The position numbers and the translations under genes were made by a program. The notes beneath the pieces were generated by a model. The model did not search any database and had not been told where the DNA came from. It saw only the letters and a program-made list of their open reading frames with translations. Shown in pieces: positions 1 through 15,551 of a stretch of DNA of 64,000 bases. The stretch's first letter is position 1. Each line of letters starts with the position of its first letter. This DNA comes from Acanthaster planci (lineage: Eukaryota): positions 1,838,866 through 1,902,865 of the forward strand of contig NW_019091361.1 in the NCBI RefSeq assembly GCF_001949145.1. Reading direction: 5' to 3'.

Positions 1-990
1 AAGACTCCCAGCGCATGAACTTTCAGATGTGGACAAAACTGCACTCTCTGACTGTTGAGTTGGTGGAGTGGTGCCAGTAGACATTTAATACTACAGCATA
101 TTGAAGCTAGAGTGGCCTGGTGTATACATGTAGGGTCCCTTGTATACCTCCATGTAAATGCTTTTAGGGTTTTCATCATTATATAATGTTTATTGCTTTC
201 GTTCTCACCCTCAACTGTTCAATCCGATTTCCTTAATCTGACTGCAACAGTACTCGATTATCTCTGTTCCTGTTGCCCCATTCTTCCAGCCCTTTCTTGC
301 CCGTAAACCAGCTCTATCCTTGCCCAAAGAAATAGGTGCCGTAATCTGACAGCTTTCCCTAATTGCAATATCCCAGTCGCACTGGGCCCTGGCCTGCAAG
401 GGGGTTCACAATAATGACCACAACTGCTCGCCATTGTTGGGTTTTATCGCTTTTTTTTTTCAATCGGCCATCATGAGTTCAATTGGCGGGGCCCCAACAA
501 TAGCCTTCCTTGGATTCACTTTTTCTGTACTCGCTCGATGTGGTAACGACAGAGACTAACGATTCCAGTTGACTGGGACTGAGCCTGACAGTAGAAAAAG
601 CAAATGCGCTCCCGGCATGCAACTTCCAGAGTCTAATGCTCATGTAGTTTCCTGTAGTAGGCGTACAAGTCAAGATCCGAAATCGAAGGACTCCTGTGTA
701 TATATTTTAGTGTGGGTTGGGGCATGGGTCATTTGAAAAATACCAAACAGATTTTGGTATGCTGACGTTTAATATTTTAACGTGAATGCTTAGACAGTGC
801 AATAGATGATGTACGAAAGTCGGAAATATAGACCGACAAAGTCGTTTGCTGTTGTCTTTTTATCAGCGTTAAAGGAGGTTTTGGTTGTGAGGTAATACCT
901 GTTGCACCTTAGTACTGGCGGAGCAGTGAATTATGAAATACCAAACTCGTGTATAATACGACTGTGATACACTTGCTGTGTCTACTTGCG

Positions 991-1021
991 TCACGACACA
1001 AATCACGACACAAATCACGAC
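991..1021. repeat. Short 12-bp tandem repeat (TCACGACACAAA) x ~2.5
   Basis: tcacgacacaaa tcacgacacaaa tcacgac. Confidence 0.8.
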
Positions 1022-4000
1022 CGTATAAGACACTGGCACTGTATAAAGCTGTTCAAACCATCCTGCCGGTCATTACTAAATCCACGCTTGTAATGGCATA
1101 CCATAATGAAATTGGCAGGGCTTTAGCTAAAGTAGAAAAAAGCTCGGCCATTCAGTATGACATTTGCATAGTGCCAGTCATACCCGCGTGTGCATATTGG
1201 CCGCCAGATCAAAAAGTATATATATGATTCAGCTGTTATGACTATTAACTATTGCTTCGTTTTGTAGTCGGAGCCTTTACGAACGTTGCGTATCCGCTTG
1301 TGTTGATTTACCAAGAATCTTGCTTGTCCACACCGCCCTAGTATTAAGTACATTATTCCAGTATTCAACAACCCGTTCCATCACATAGGACAGCTCCATT
1401 TTGACTGCAGTCACGAGGGGTGTTGACCAGTCAGGTTGGAGAGATTGAGTTTTGTGAGCTGGGTGTGGCAGGTTGTTTGAAATCCACGCTACTTCTGTCC
1501 ACAAATTTACATGAGGATAAACGAACCTTCTCGGGCAACTCACCTTCACTTTGCCGTTTGGGATTTTCATTGTTTTGTTTAATGATAAACCTAATAATTT
1601 CACTGACTATTCCTTCAACCAGTGTTGAAGATGATGTACAACTCCAAATGGGAGATATTTGGAAGCTTTTTTGAAGGTACACTTTGAAAATTCTATCTTT
1701 GTAAAATCATGGTCGTACTAAAAGAACGTTTATGTAACCGTTGTCAAAACGTAACTCGCAGTTTCGTGCTTGAGGAAGAAAATGTGTGTACGTGTACTGT
1801 TCCCTTAAAATGATTGTGCAAATATTGGCCCATTTCAAATTGCACATAAACAAAAACTTGGGTCAAACTTTCTGGATTTTATTACCTATTGGAATTGCTG
1901 TAGTTTGTTATACTTTGTATATACTAGTATAATAGGGAATTCTCCTTTTTTTCCACAAAATAGTTTTTTGTTTTGCATTTTTAAGGATTTTCGCTCTCCC
2001 CAAATAGGAACAAGTGTCATTGTTGAGACTTATTGTTTTCGTTTATTGTGCATTTTGCGTCTTTCTAGCAAATTTCATCATGTTGATGTTCCGTGTCATT
2101 TTTGTGAGTGTTTGCAGGGCCCCGATGGAAACCAGTTTTAGTAAACTGGGCATACCCTGGATAAATAAAATAAAACAAACACTTTGAGCTATATCACATA
2201 CAGACTCTATCAAGTAAATGGCCAAGTACCCAAGAAAATCTGTGGCTCTGTAAAATTGTTGAAATGGGAAAAAAATTCTTTGTTTCACGGCTTGTAAATG
2301 AAGCAATCAAATTTTCCGAACCCGACCTGGAAGCGGAAAGTTGTGCAGGTGACTTCGCATTCTGTAACTCAGAAGGCGACAAACATCTGTAGCTGTCAAT
2401 GTGACATCACAATCAAGTCAGCATGGATATTGTGTGTTCTAGCTTGGAAGACACGAGTCCTGGCAATGTCCTGTCCCCGCCATTTGGCTGGCTGCATGCC
2501 CACGTTGCAGGGAATTAGTCGCGGCTGACTGATGTCGGAATTCGCCTGAAATACCTCAATTCATAAATCATAACCAGTGAATATCAATGATTAATGACGA
2601 GGCGACTTCCCCTCAGTACTCTGTACCCAGCGATGGAAAGGGTGCTGGGAAGAGGGAAAAATATTCAGCACCGGGTGCGGACAGATTAATATGGCTTATG
2701 ACTCGGCAATACGCACACCTGCATGCGCCAAACGCCACCCCTGTAGGTGTGAATGGAACGCGCTTTGTGTACACAGCGCCCCAACGTGATCGAGTCGAAG
2801 TGACTGTGTTGTTGAGCCACTTCGCTCGTCTCCCAATTCAAAGTCCATTCTTGGCAGTGCAGGAACGGCACAACAACCACACCACAAACACTGCCGTTAT
2901 CATCGCGACTGGCTGATCACACACTCGTACCAAATAATAGATGCTGACTAGATTGACTGTACATGTACCTCACACTGCCCAACATACCACTCGCCGCTTT
3001 TACTCATCTATATAACGAGTTCCGTCTACAACTTGACAACTGCCACAATATTTTGTCAACCGTACAACTAGTTCTCTACTGAGTGTCAATTCAGCCTTGG
3101 ATTTATTATACCCCATGACTGTGCCACAGCGCGAGCAACCGCGCTAACTCTCCAGTGCCGATCGCACGTGGACTTTCACTGTACTGGGGTCTAATCTTGA
3201 TTTCTTTTTTTCTCGGCGCACCACTGATTTCCAAGATCACTGCTTTTCATGTTTCGACCTGAAGACTGAACAGTCATGGGAAACCAAAGGTAAGTTTGAA
3301 CTTCTCGTAAAATATTAGACCTATTTTGAGGTTTGCTCCGCTTTACTTCCTGGAATGTAGGTAAACAGTTACTGAGTTTCGTTGGAATATAAACCTTTGA
3401 CAATGTTAACTGATTAACCCGTTTGACTGCATGGTCAGTTTGGAATGTGAAGGACCTGGCTCTCTTTTGAACAGGTTTGAGATTAGTATGATTAAACAGG
3501 CATTTGTTTGAATCTTAGCGCTCGTGATGACTTTGGCACTGATCATATATCAAAGGTACTGCACACTTTACCACGATGTGTACCGTTCATACCCGTAGTT
3601 TTATGGTGGTTATTAAGGGCACCCGTGGCCGTGGAGGCTATCTCGCGACCCAAGCCGCTTGTTTACCGACTCCGGAATGCCCCTTTTCTGTGGGGCACGG
3701 TGTGCCCTTTGTGTCCGCTCCTCTTTCACCAAGCGGGTCCGAAGAAAACAGCCCTCAGCGAAATACAGCTGAACAGAGGCCGATGCCCCTGCCGCGGTGC
3801 CAGCTCCAGCACCCTGGCATCATGAGATGGAACTAAAAACCCGCTAGGGTTAACACCAGACCGCTAACAGAGAAGAAAGAAACTTCGGTTGCCCAAAAAT
3901 CTCGGAGGGGTTTATCTCCGAGTGCACCGGCATTCTGTCTTGGAGCTATCTGCTTGGGCTGATGTTGTGGTCATGACAGATGAAAGGTTCTTATAAATAT

Positions 4001-7000
4001 CTCACTGACGATTTCTAACACTATTCACTGTCCCTCCAAACAACTTTTTTTAGGGGTCACTATGCTGTAAGTTTATCCTTTTTTTTCTATTTCATGTTTT
4101 TTTTTCGAATTATTGCCCAGAAGTAACGTTTTTGAATGACTTTCTCCGTCTAAAGGTAAAGCATGGGGTTGGGGAAATGAAAGATTATGCACGTAATGAC
4201 AACATGATACAATGACTGATTTCAATTTTTGCTCAAAGTTTTCGCCGGGCATCACCGAGTTTAAGTTAATGTCAAAGATAGAGCTTGCGTGCTTGTGTAT
4301 TTCACCTCATTGATCCTGCCTGAATTTCACTTTTCAAGATTTTTCATTCGGGCAGACCACAAAGACTGTCGTGCAAGGACCTTCATGTTCAGCTTGGTTT
4401 TGCTTAGCGTGGCTTCAGCTGTATTACTTTTTAAGCTCACGGCGATTCGATCAAGGTTCATCCTCCACGTCTAGAGCTATTTCTGTTCTCTTTTGATCCT
4501 TCAACTTGCCTTTGATCCTGCTTGTAAAAATTGCCTGATCATCTTAAATGCGCTCACCCACTTCACTTGTCTCCTCAGTTTGATTGCCCCGTGGAGCTGC
4601 GTTTAAAGTGATCAGCCTGAAGCCCAATCCCACACTGTACACATTTAAGGTCTCGCCAAAAGACTAAGACAACCGGGTTGTCTCAAAGGGCTTGCACTAA
4701 TGAACACACTTTCGCAGGATTCAGCCAATCCTTGATCTTTTCTGTTGACTCTGGGCTTTTCCTCGCAACATTCATGTAGGTTCGGATTGTGAAAGTCATA
4801 ATCCGAAAATCGGAACAAATGCGGGCCGGGGGGGGCTTTTTCCTACGGGACGGCTCAACTGGGAGCTTAGTGCTGCTGTAGACGCAGACTTCCTCCCTCG
4901 AAGAACGTTCAGTGTTACTAATTTCTACTGTCTTACTGACATAGTCATAGACTATGACAACTGCTTGTTCGAACTTCACTGAAGTTGGCCAACTTAAGTT
5001 GAAAGAACTACGTTATTCCTAAACATAGGGCCTACTCCAAATGCTGCAGTCATGAAAATCGTCTCGTTTAAACAAAAGAAGTTTAAACAGGTTGCATTCT
5101 AGATGATTTGAAACACTTGAAGATTTTTGTATGCTGAGCAAAGTACGTGAACTTCGTTAATATTTTACGGTTACTCAAAACGAAAATTTTGTGCATGTCA
5201 TCCTTTTGTGTTGTACGTTTTCATGTTGGTTCATTATCTAAGGACAGAGAGTAATCATGCATTACTGTTATTCACGTCACTAACATTATAGAAAGAAAAA
5301 ACACAGTAAGTCTTGATGTTGGCATTGTTAGTACTGTGACGTGACCCCTGCAGCGGCTGGGCCGACAAGCTTGTCTTTGGTGGGCCACCGTAATTGGCTC
5401 CGTCAGCTGGCCCGGTCGATGGTGATAACTCTCGCAGTTTGAGATGGTTAGCGTCCAGTGCGTGGCCCGCTGTCCCCGTAAATACCATCAACCCCACGGC
5501 GCGGTGCCCTATCAAAAAGCTATTGAAGAGGCGTGTGGATATGCAAGTCTTGTTGACGACTGACGATCTTGTGAAGAGCTTATGTGGCACCTTTTGCAAT
5601 GTCCTTGCTGTAAAAACATTGTATAACATAATTTGGCATGAAATTTCTGGAAAATTAGGTCATAGAATATTTATTCTTGGAAAAAACTTGGCTTCAACAT
5701 CAGTACCGGCCAAGTCGGCTCTTCAGTGCGGCCTGTAAACCCTTCCGCTGAAGGTGATTCTTTTTATATTTTTTGTTATTATTGGGTACTGTTACAAACG
5801 CAGATGGTTTGTGTCATATTGACGGTGCAACTGGCTTATTTTGTATACATAAGTTCTTATTGACAGCTGTTAGAAGGCTCAGGTCAGTCAGAAGCCTTTC
5901 GTGTCAAAATCAGTGATGACAATTCGGCACCATTCGATGCATAAGTGTGACTTCAAAGATGACGGTTGTGTCTGCATATAAACCTGCACGCCATCCAGAC
6001 AACAGCTGAGATATACCAGGCTCGTCAAGCATAATGCACGGGCATTGGATTTATACGTAGGTGGTATCTCTTGTCACAATGTTTGCAAACCGTGAGTCCT
6101 TTTCCGGGGGCCCCAGTCAGCATCAATATGATTATACAATCCACAGATCTGTATTTAAGCCATAAGGCCAAGGACATGACTACTTTACAGCTGAGCTGTG
6201 TGTATAGGCCTAGTCGAGCTCCGTGTGCTGCTGTGCGTGCGTGTATCTTCGGCCGCGTATATATACCGACGAAGGCTCTCCAAGGTGTTGTTTTTGGCGG
6301 CTCGCTCAAATCTAATTAACCTTCCTCAACTCTGTACGCATGAAATGTCACACAAGGTCCCCGTCTATGCTATTTGCCGCGTAGGCGATATCCAGATTTA
6401 GTTGTACCTCCCATGTTTTCACTCAGCTCGGGCACATTATTTATGTAATATACAATGCGCATTCCTCTTTCCGTGCAGTACCTTTGTACGAGCACATTCC
6501 GACTTCATATCCGAATCTTTTTTTGTCACTTCACCTTTCTGGACACGGTGGGCATACCTGATCTGGCGCAGTACTAGTCCCAATCTCACAGCTATTGGGC
6601 CTATATGCTGTGATTACCTAGCCCGCGGGTGATTTCATCCATGCGTTGCGGGCAGAGGAAGAATTCCGGCCCGCTCGGATGGCTGGGGAACCGCGGGCGG
6701 TTTTTGTCCCGGCAAAATTGGAGGTGTGAAGCGTGAATAACGGGAATAAAATATGTCGGATGCGTTCGCGGGTTGCTACTGCATGTAAACCCGAGCTTCA
6801 AAATCCAGTGTTCGAGACAATCACCGTACACGTTCAGGAAAATCTCGATATACCCTAGAATTCGTGGAATCGTAATGCACCCATAGCTTTTACCTGTCAA
6901 CGGTGGCAAACTATAATGCAACGCAATCACCAATTGTTCCTCGAGAGAAACAGAGTAATCATCATAAACGGTGGATGTCTGATCCCAGACCCTTGGGCCA

Positions 7001-10000
7001 TCTGGTGTTGTATTATTTACTCACTGCTCGTTTGCTGTCCTCAATGTTGGCATGACATTATACTCTCTCGCTGAAAGCTTCTCCGCTCAAAAACTTGGAT
7101 CCATCATTTAGACGAAGATATCTCACAGTGTGTAAGATAATAGCTCTTTTATTTTAAACTCGATTTGAATGTAGTGCCCAGTAGGTCCTGATTTTGATGC
7201 CCTCGCCCTAGCACCTCCCTTCGCAGGAAAACCTTTGAAGATGGTTCGACCTTTTTCATCCTTTGACAATCGCCCAGTAAAGTCTTGCCTATGCGGCCAA
7301 GAGTGTTTCTGCTTCTCCTTTTTCGGTTCGGGCCTGATCGAGCGATCGGCACGCTTTATGGGGTGGTTACGACAAGGAGCCCGGTCCCCGCGGCTCCTCT
7401 GCGCGACATTTATGCCCCACTCAAGGCTTACCCGGTGAAGAGTTTCCTGGGCGATCCGTCGGCCTTCGGAATGCAACTCAACTTTCGCAGAGCACCTTGC
7501 ATACATGTACAACGCATTGTTGATTAGCGAATGAAGTCGCCTTTACATAAAAATTGCAGTTGTGTCTGGAAATCCCAATTAGACACGCTCTTTGTGCAGT
7601 TCGTGTGCAGTGCGTAATATGATAAAAAAAGAGATGTCCAGACGTAAAATGTGTAACATATGGTATTCGTGTATGTTTGACTGCACCGTAGCCTCTGGGG
7701 GTAATATCTTAATTGAAATCCTCCCCAACCCATTTGCTCCTTGACATCCCTATTTGCATTTCTCGGGTTGTGATATTTGAGAATGCTTTACACAAAAAGG
7801 ATAGCCTGGGTTTCTCCGCGCTGGTCTCGCTGGCATTGCACGGCCTCTGTGTGATGCGACCGTGAGGACATCATTATCGTAGTGTGCACAGGTACTGCAG
7901 TGGCCGCAATATTAAGGTTTTCACTATGCACACCCCCTCCCCTCGGGACAGGTCACAATGACCTCTTAACTAATGGTCAAAATTGAATATCACGATTATG
8001 CCATTGTTGCACAACCCATTGAATAGAGTTGGCGCTCATCAGAGCATGGAGTGACAACAGATCAGTGTATGTGCGACACGGTCCGTGGTGTCCAGGTTAA
8101 TCATTCTAATAAATTGCACTCGGTCATCGACCGTTTACTCTTGACCTGCCGTCAGATGCCAATTGACGAACATCTGATAACCTATTTACCGAGTTTTGTC
8201 TATGCTGTGCGCAGTGCATAGGGGATTATGTAGCGTGTATAGACAGCCCAAGTATCTATGACTATACATTATTAAAATTAATGGAAAAGGACCTCATGTA
8301 TACTTTATGCACGAATTCCCTCCGAGGTTATTTTGTTCGACATCCTAAAAGTCACTCCACTGCTAGCCAACGTTCTCATCGACTCGCATCACCCTAAAGG
8401 CACTTCCTAAAACTGCTCGATAATTTTAAGGTGGGTCATAATGTCGCAAGACATCGCAGAAATCGTGACAGCTTAAATATTCCGTAAATCTGTGTCAAGT
8501 AAACCTGTTTCTGCTTCAGACGAAATTGTGCCGTCCAGTATTCATATGACACCGCTAATGCATCCGTAAATCTCTTCTTGGAAAGCCGGGTATATACGAG
8601 ACGCTTTATTCCGAACCAAATTCCAGTCCATTTAAGTCTATTTTGTATAGAATACATCAAGTTCTTAAAGTAACGTTTGCTTCATGCATAAAGAGGTCAT
8701 AATCATAAACATGTTCGTATCCATTCGTTTTGTTCAACGCAGTTTTAAAAAACTACGAGTGGAGGGTTGTTCGCCCATAAAGTACACTGCACAAGTCATT
8801 ATTGGTGCCATTCAAAAATGGAAATGAATTTTTCCTCATTGAATACATTTTACCGACTTGAGTGGTTATTTTTAGAGCGTGCACACATACCAGGATGTGG
8901 AGTCCGTTCTGTAGGTAGTATCTCGGCCGGGAAACACGCTCTGAATTCGGGCTGAAGTCCAAAGTAATCCGCAGGTCCAAAAATGTGTCAATTTATTATG
9001 ATTACAACCACCTTGCACGACTTCACATCCAACGATCGTGTATAATAATGAGCAAAGTTCAGCCGCTGAGCGTGAAAATTGCGACCACCAGCAGCGCTGA
9101 GGTATTCGCGTCTTTCAAAAAGGCTCCAATATAGGCCTATATAACGCCGTAGACTGTGCGATGTAGGGCATGATGACACGCCTGTGTACACTTTGATTAA
9201 TTGCCATTCTAATTTCATGTGGTCTTCACACGCGAATGATTGCACACCTGGATTTGGTAAAGTACATGTATGTATCGTGGTTCACCTCGCTAACTTTGAC
9301 ACTAAAGTTGAATTATCTACTGACTCATATGTTTTTACTCACACAGATTTTAGAATTAGGAAGCGAAATGATATCTACGTATCATCACCTAATTTGCCCC
9401 TGCAAAGTAATTTATTTCCGTTTGCTGCCCAAGCAAATAGGTTTCTGTGCGGGAGAAAAACCCAAAGGTCGGTTTGAAGGAGTTTCCCAGGTGCCCGGAG
9501 TCGGGTAGAAGTTGGTAGAAAAGGGGGGGGGGCAAGACTTCCAAAATAGCCTTTCAGCAAGACCTGGCCCGATGTTGACTCTGGGCTCCGTGGGGCCGGG
9601 ATAAAGAAACAATGTTCCATTTTACCCCACTTATATCGATCGGTGTAGGGGTGGGTGTTCAAACAGTGGCGGAGCAGGCCATTAACAAAGCGTTGAGAAA
9701 TTGGTAGGGTGAAAAAAAAAAAAGCGGGGACGAACGGAACCGGGGGCGCGTAACAAAATATTTTACTATCTTCCGCGCAAGTTATTGGTGCAGGTGTATA
9801 AACTCTACCCAGAAAATTAAGTAGACGGTTTAGGATTCATTATTTTGTAAAATGTGCGGTCTGGCCTCCTACCAACATGAAGAAATCGTTTTCAACTGTT
9901 TTCTTTATCGTGGCTAGTGAAGTCACCGTGAGACTGTGTAATGGTAAACTACTATGCTGCTATGGTTATTGAGATTCACGAGGGTGTGATTTTAAACATT

Positions 10001-13000
10001 GCATTGTGATCTGTATTGTGTCTCTTGAGATAAAAACGTTTTTCCAGATGCCGAGGGTGTGTCTATTTGCGCGTCTTTCTAGGGTATCAAGAAAGTGCGC
10101 TGATTGCCTGAAAATTGGTAAAGCAGATAGTGAGGTCCACCGCGTGTCCTCTTGAGGCTCTACTGCCACTGCATTCCTAAAGGGCTACCGGGAAGGACTT
10201 TCGCCAACAAATTGATTGTTATCCGCCGTCGCTAAATTACATGCAAGCGACGAGAAGATTTTTTTTTTATTGCTTCATTTGTATGCTGCTTGGGTAACCT
10301 TCAGCGGCCAACCCGAGTAACGAGGACCGGGAACAGGGTGGTGTGAAAGGGGGAGGAAGGCCGCTGTTGAGAAGAACCACTGATATCACCTGAACAAAGA
10401 GACGCCGCCCGTAGCCAGGGGGCAGGAGTGTCTCACCGCCCAGGACTTTCATTAGATAGTCTATGGCTAGCGAAATATCTCTTCGTCGTGAGACCATTCT
10501 TAAACAGTAGTTTGGTTTCGTTAATGATAGTAGTGGTCATCATGACTGGCTCATAATGTGCTCGTGCTCGTATACGGATGGTGTTTCTTTTGCCTGTCTG
10601 TATTTGCTTTAAATCCCTTTAATGTTGTCAACGCTGATGTGTAATCAACGTTATTGTAAGTGATCAATTAGTTATGTCACAACTCACATGACCAATGTAC
10701 ATGTAATTCAAGAATTGTGTTCACACGAGTCAATTGAAACCTTTCTCTCAAAAGGGATGCAATGGTGGTGTTATGTCTTGATCTCGAAGAACCTTCAGCT
10801 TTTGAGTAGTTGTGTACATGCAATTAACGTAGATCGCGGAGACAATGAGTCCTTCAACTGCTGTTTGTTTTTTCCGTACATTTTTTGGTAGAGTGTTAAC
10901 GTTCTCATTCATTGGCGTTTGGCAGTACAACACTTTGAAGCAGAAGCCTGCACCATGCGGTTCGTTCCGCACGGATTCCTCCCGAAACTGGGACGCGTGA
11001 AAATGCATTTTTTTTTTGGCAGTCTGCATTCAGCCACATAGGTCGAGAGGCATAATAAAGTTTTGAGCTATTAACATGGATTACCGTTGAATCCACTTTG
11101 CACTCTAAGGTATGATTGATTTAGCGCGAGGTAAAATGTCATCGCTTGAATGCCTGCGCTTTTCGACGAAGTCATTAGTGGAACGAGGGGGATAAATTTG
11201 GCTGTGGCGAGCGTGGGGATGTCCCCTTTTCGTCCGCGATTGCACGAAAACTTGTCTCAGTAATGGTCAATTATTTGGCGTCCATTGTCCCGACTTGGGC
11301 TTGATGTATGATGCGCTAGAACTGAACGCCACAGTATTGAATGCAGGAGAGCATATTTTGATTTATCCATCATCATCAAACCAGACCGAAGAAGCAATCT
11401 ATTATGTGAACACTTTTGGAAGCGCTGCATTCGGAGAGGTGAACTTACATTGTGTCTCGCGTAGCCTGGCTGATAATATGCAACGGCTGAAATGAGTATG
11501 GGTCGGTAGTCCCATTACGGTAATATTCATGGAATGTGAAAATTGAAATTACCAGGTTCCTTGCAATATCAATCATGCTGTAGATAAACTAATTTCCACC
11601 CACATAGTGCGTCAGTTTCTGTGCCTATTTCTCTTTTGCCTGGCAGCACACTGGGAAGAAGAGAATTTCAGCCTCGCCAGGTGGCCGTGCTATCAGACAG
11701 ATCTGTCAAGCATGAAATTTGATATGTGTGGTGATTTTTTTCTTAAATTCAGTGAGGACATTTCGGAACCAAGTTTTTTATCTTATAAAGAAAGACCAAA
11801 ATGCTCTAACTGTCTTTCATCTAGGAATGTTTTATAAACATATCTCGTTCCTTAACAAAAGAAATGTATGTTTTCATGAGTTACGATGTGAAACTATGGA
11901 CGACGATTCTGCCAACTGTCGTGTCTAAAAATAAAATGTTACCTTTCATCTGAACAGACGATTACGCTACCCATTTTATCATAACCGCAGATGTAAGCGT
12001 CCCCGTTTTTTCGTGAAACTGTCGCCGCCGCGTAAGCAAAATAAATCAGTGATAAATTGAGGTGAAAAAATATCGAATCTGAGCGTATCACGCTTCATTG
12101 CTTCGATGTATCATAGTCAGTGATGTAGGCATCCTTTGGCAGACTTGGAGCAGTCCCAAGTGAATGTTATTCAATCGCATTGCAGAAGCTGCTTAATATC
12201 ATGCACGTGGCAAGAGTCTTAACCAATGGGAACGAATCCTTTTTAAATGTATTCACAACACATCTGTGACTATAGTATACAACAGCGTTTGTGATTGGCT
12301 CATGTACGAATTACGCACTAGTGACAAACTGCGCGTGCTTAATCCCCCCGCTAGTGAGCTACGACAATCAATAACTTTGACGGTTTTACTTCCACTGGCA
12401 TGCCAGAGAAATCAAGTGCCCAATTCCGAAAAATAACTCCTACAAAAATACGACGGAATTGGATTACTAAACGACGATGTGCGAACATTTGAAATATTTG
12501 CCGAATTCCCCACTGAGGTAGGTGTGGATTCCACATGTGTGTTGGCTGATTATTGGATAAATTGACAAGAATTTGATGTCGTTATATTTTTTGAAATTCC
12601 AAAGTCCAAAATGTCGTGGTTATGTTCCACTTCTTTAATGATGTGTAGTCATTGTAATCTGAAATAGCATGTGATTGTTCTTTCTTGTTATATATACATA
12701 AGGTTATTTAGAATAGAAAAACGACATGCAAGAAATTCGTGTATCACCTATCGAAAAAGAATACGTTTTGTACGCTGAGTGAATGATGAAAAAGCGCCAC
12801 TGTGTGAGTTTCTGAGCACTTGTTACTACAACCGTAGTTCTTAATGGTAAACATCGTTACCATAAATTTGTCCCCGTTAATCAAATTGTAATAAAGGTAC
12901 AGATTCCTGCCGTCGTTTTCTGTACACATTTTTGGCCTTTGATGTTACCGTTGGGTTGACTTTATTGGCGGTGACCACGTTACTGCACACTGTAAAGTGT

Positions 13001-15514
13001 AATTGTCCTTTTAGCGTGTAGCAATGGTATTTCTCACCTCAGATAGGCTGCTTTTGTTTGATCAAAGTGGTGTATAACTCTTGGTGTGTTTGCCCGCAGC
13101 CAGGACGTATATCTAGGAGGGCATCATAAAACACTGTAGGTTACCGATAAGCATTGCTTTTGAACTAGGCTAACGTTTGGGGAACGTACTTGTGTACGTG
13201 TAAGATTAAGTTTTGCAATACACTGTAGTTCACAGGCTGCTAAATTTCATGAACTCCTTTTATCCATGAATATGCAACGAGTTGCGTGGATCTTCCGGAT
13301 CTAAGTACATTAACAGGGCACATGTTCTTGACGGAGCACTGCGTAGTTCGAGTTGGTTGGTGACTTATTGTGTACTGACCATGCTGTGCGGTACCATCTT
13401 GGGTATTTTTTTTTCGAACAAATAGAAGTCAGTTTAACTTCATTCTGTCCACGAGGTAGGCTTTTACAGTTACAGCCAAGTCCGAAAGGATCGTTTGCTC
13501 GATCTTTCGCAGAAGGATGTTCTTTACAGCCACGCATTGTTCCAGCTAAATCCCCATTGTCCCCTTACTGTCGTGTTTGCTGCACCTGTTTGCGAGTTAG
13601 CATCGGTCAATCAAGATAAAGCACGCGCGGAAGCGAGACGTATACGTGTAAAAAGGGTTACTACAGTAGGGTACACACCAAAAGAGCTTTCAAACATGAC
13701 GGCTGGGATCGTGTTTGCAGAGGCTGTTTCATTATTTACTGCTTAAATGAACTGTGGTGATGAGAAAGAAAAGTGACCCGGGATGAGGAATGTTACGTGC
13801 ACGTGACAAGAGCTTGCAGTATTGTTCAAGCCGTTTGGGTGCAAAGACAGCTCGCTTTGCTTTATTTATAGTAACTAGATACAGTTGGCCATGCATGCCC
13901 TTTATATAGCCTACATGTAAATCAATGGGGCAACGGGTCCCACTGATAAGATTTTAACCGGGTATAACTTATAGTTGTTGTCAATTTGTGGTGGAATTTT
14001 TTACACTTTGTCAGAAAGCAGATACCGTGTATTAAGAAATCGTACATTTCTTTGCATGCCAATCCGGCTATGGCCCTGAGCGGTGATATAAAAGTGCGCC
14101 CTCTATTTTAAATCAGTCAATTTTAAGTCATGTTCTGTTCGTTGAGGGCGCCCTCGACATAAGTAACATTAACTGAGTGATCCGTGCCAAGGAAATCCCC
14201 TGCATAGGAAAGTGTTATGTGCAACGAGATTAACGAAGAAAGCTAGGAAGCTTTCTTGTGACGGGCGTGGTTACAAAATACGTTACCCACTCATTATAAT
14301 CGGTTAGTCGTAATTAATTTTACAAGGGGACCGTCTGTCGTGTCATGATGGCGGCTGTGTAGTTCGTGTCGCACGGGTCTATTAGCGTTTGACTTAGCTA
14401 GGGAAAACTAGGTTTACTGGACGACATATCAAGAAATGTGAAACGCTAATTGCAAGAAGTCTCTTCTTCCATCGTATGCCGCTTCTCAACAGTCTTCTTG
14501 TTCACAAAGACTAAAATTCCATCAACGCCACTCTGGCTTCCTTACACCCGAGTAAAATAACATACAATCAGTCACCCTTTCATATGCGCTTATGCAGAAC
14601 ATGCTGTAACGGTTATGAAAACATGGCATTTGACCCCAAGCGGTTTATCCGTGCGGTTGCCATGGTTCAGAAAGGCTGGTGGGGTGCTGGATAGCACATT
14701 GGGTAGTAGGCATGCCAGTGGTGGTATATATCACACCATAAGACAGAGTGTTTTTTCCCCTAGATCAGTGCATCGACATATCCCGTTTCTGTCCATTCCT
14801 GTTCCACACACTTCTTTTCTTTTTCACGCGGACGTCTGGTAGCAGACTCCATCCTGTTTTTGTCTGGACTGGTCTCAACCGTGTGCATGTTAGTTTTTAT
14901 TTCCTCGTTCCCTACTGTTGAGAACTAGGTGGGGAAACATGCAGGGGTTGGGGCGTGTTTGATTAAATATTTCTATCACTTCAGAATGAAATTGATTTTC
15001 TACCGAGTAGTCCGCGGTGTCAATTTGAGCGCCATCACTCAGTTGCTTGTCGTGATTAATTATCTCTTTTTCAACACCTGTGTTCTTTAAAATGATTATT
15101 TTAGTTGTAAAATAACCCCTTTTACCGGATGCAGTGTCGAGTTGTTTAATAATTTTCAAAGTTTATACTTTTTTTGGCTTGAACTTGTGGTTACTTGTGT
15201 TTGATAAGCAAATTCCGCTGGTTTTTATAATTAGGCCTAACTTCAAATCGTCAGTAGAAGTCAATTGACCTGCCAGCTAGGCATACAGTGCACGCAAAGT
15301 GGGTTCCTTGATTAGTTTCCGTCCCAGTAATTAATGAATCGTAGAAACGCGTAGGTGTCTCGCATTTTCGCGTCAGATTTGCCCCTTTGTTTGAATTTTG
15401 GATATTAAAACTGTTCGGCTTACTATCGAACTTACCTCACGTGTCACGCTGGTAGCGTGTAATTCATAGTATTGACTCCGTTGTCGTTAGCCCCGATCAA
15501 TCATGGTGTTGTTA

Positions 15515-15551
15515 TTTGGTTTGGTTTGGTTTGGTTTGGTTTGGTTTGGTT
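15515..15551. repeat. (TTTGG)7 microsatellite
   Basis: Seven perfect pentamer copies. Confidence 0.97.
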
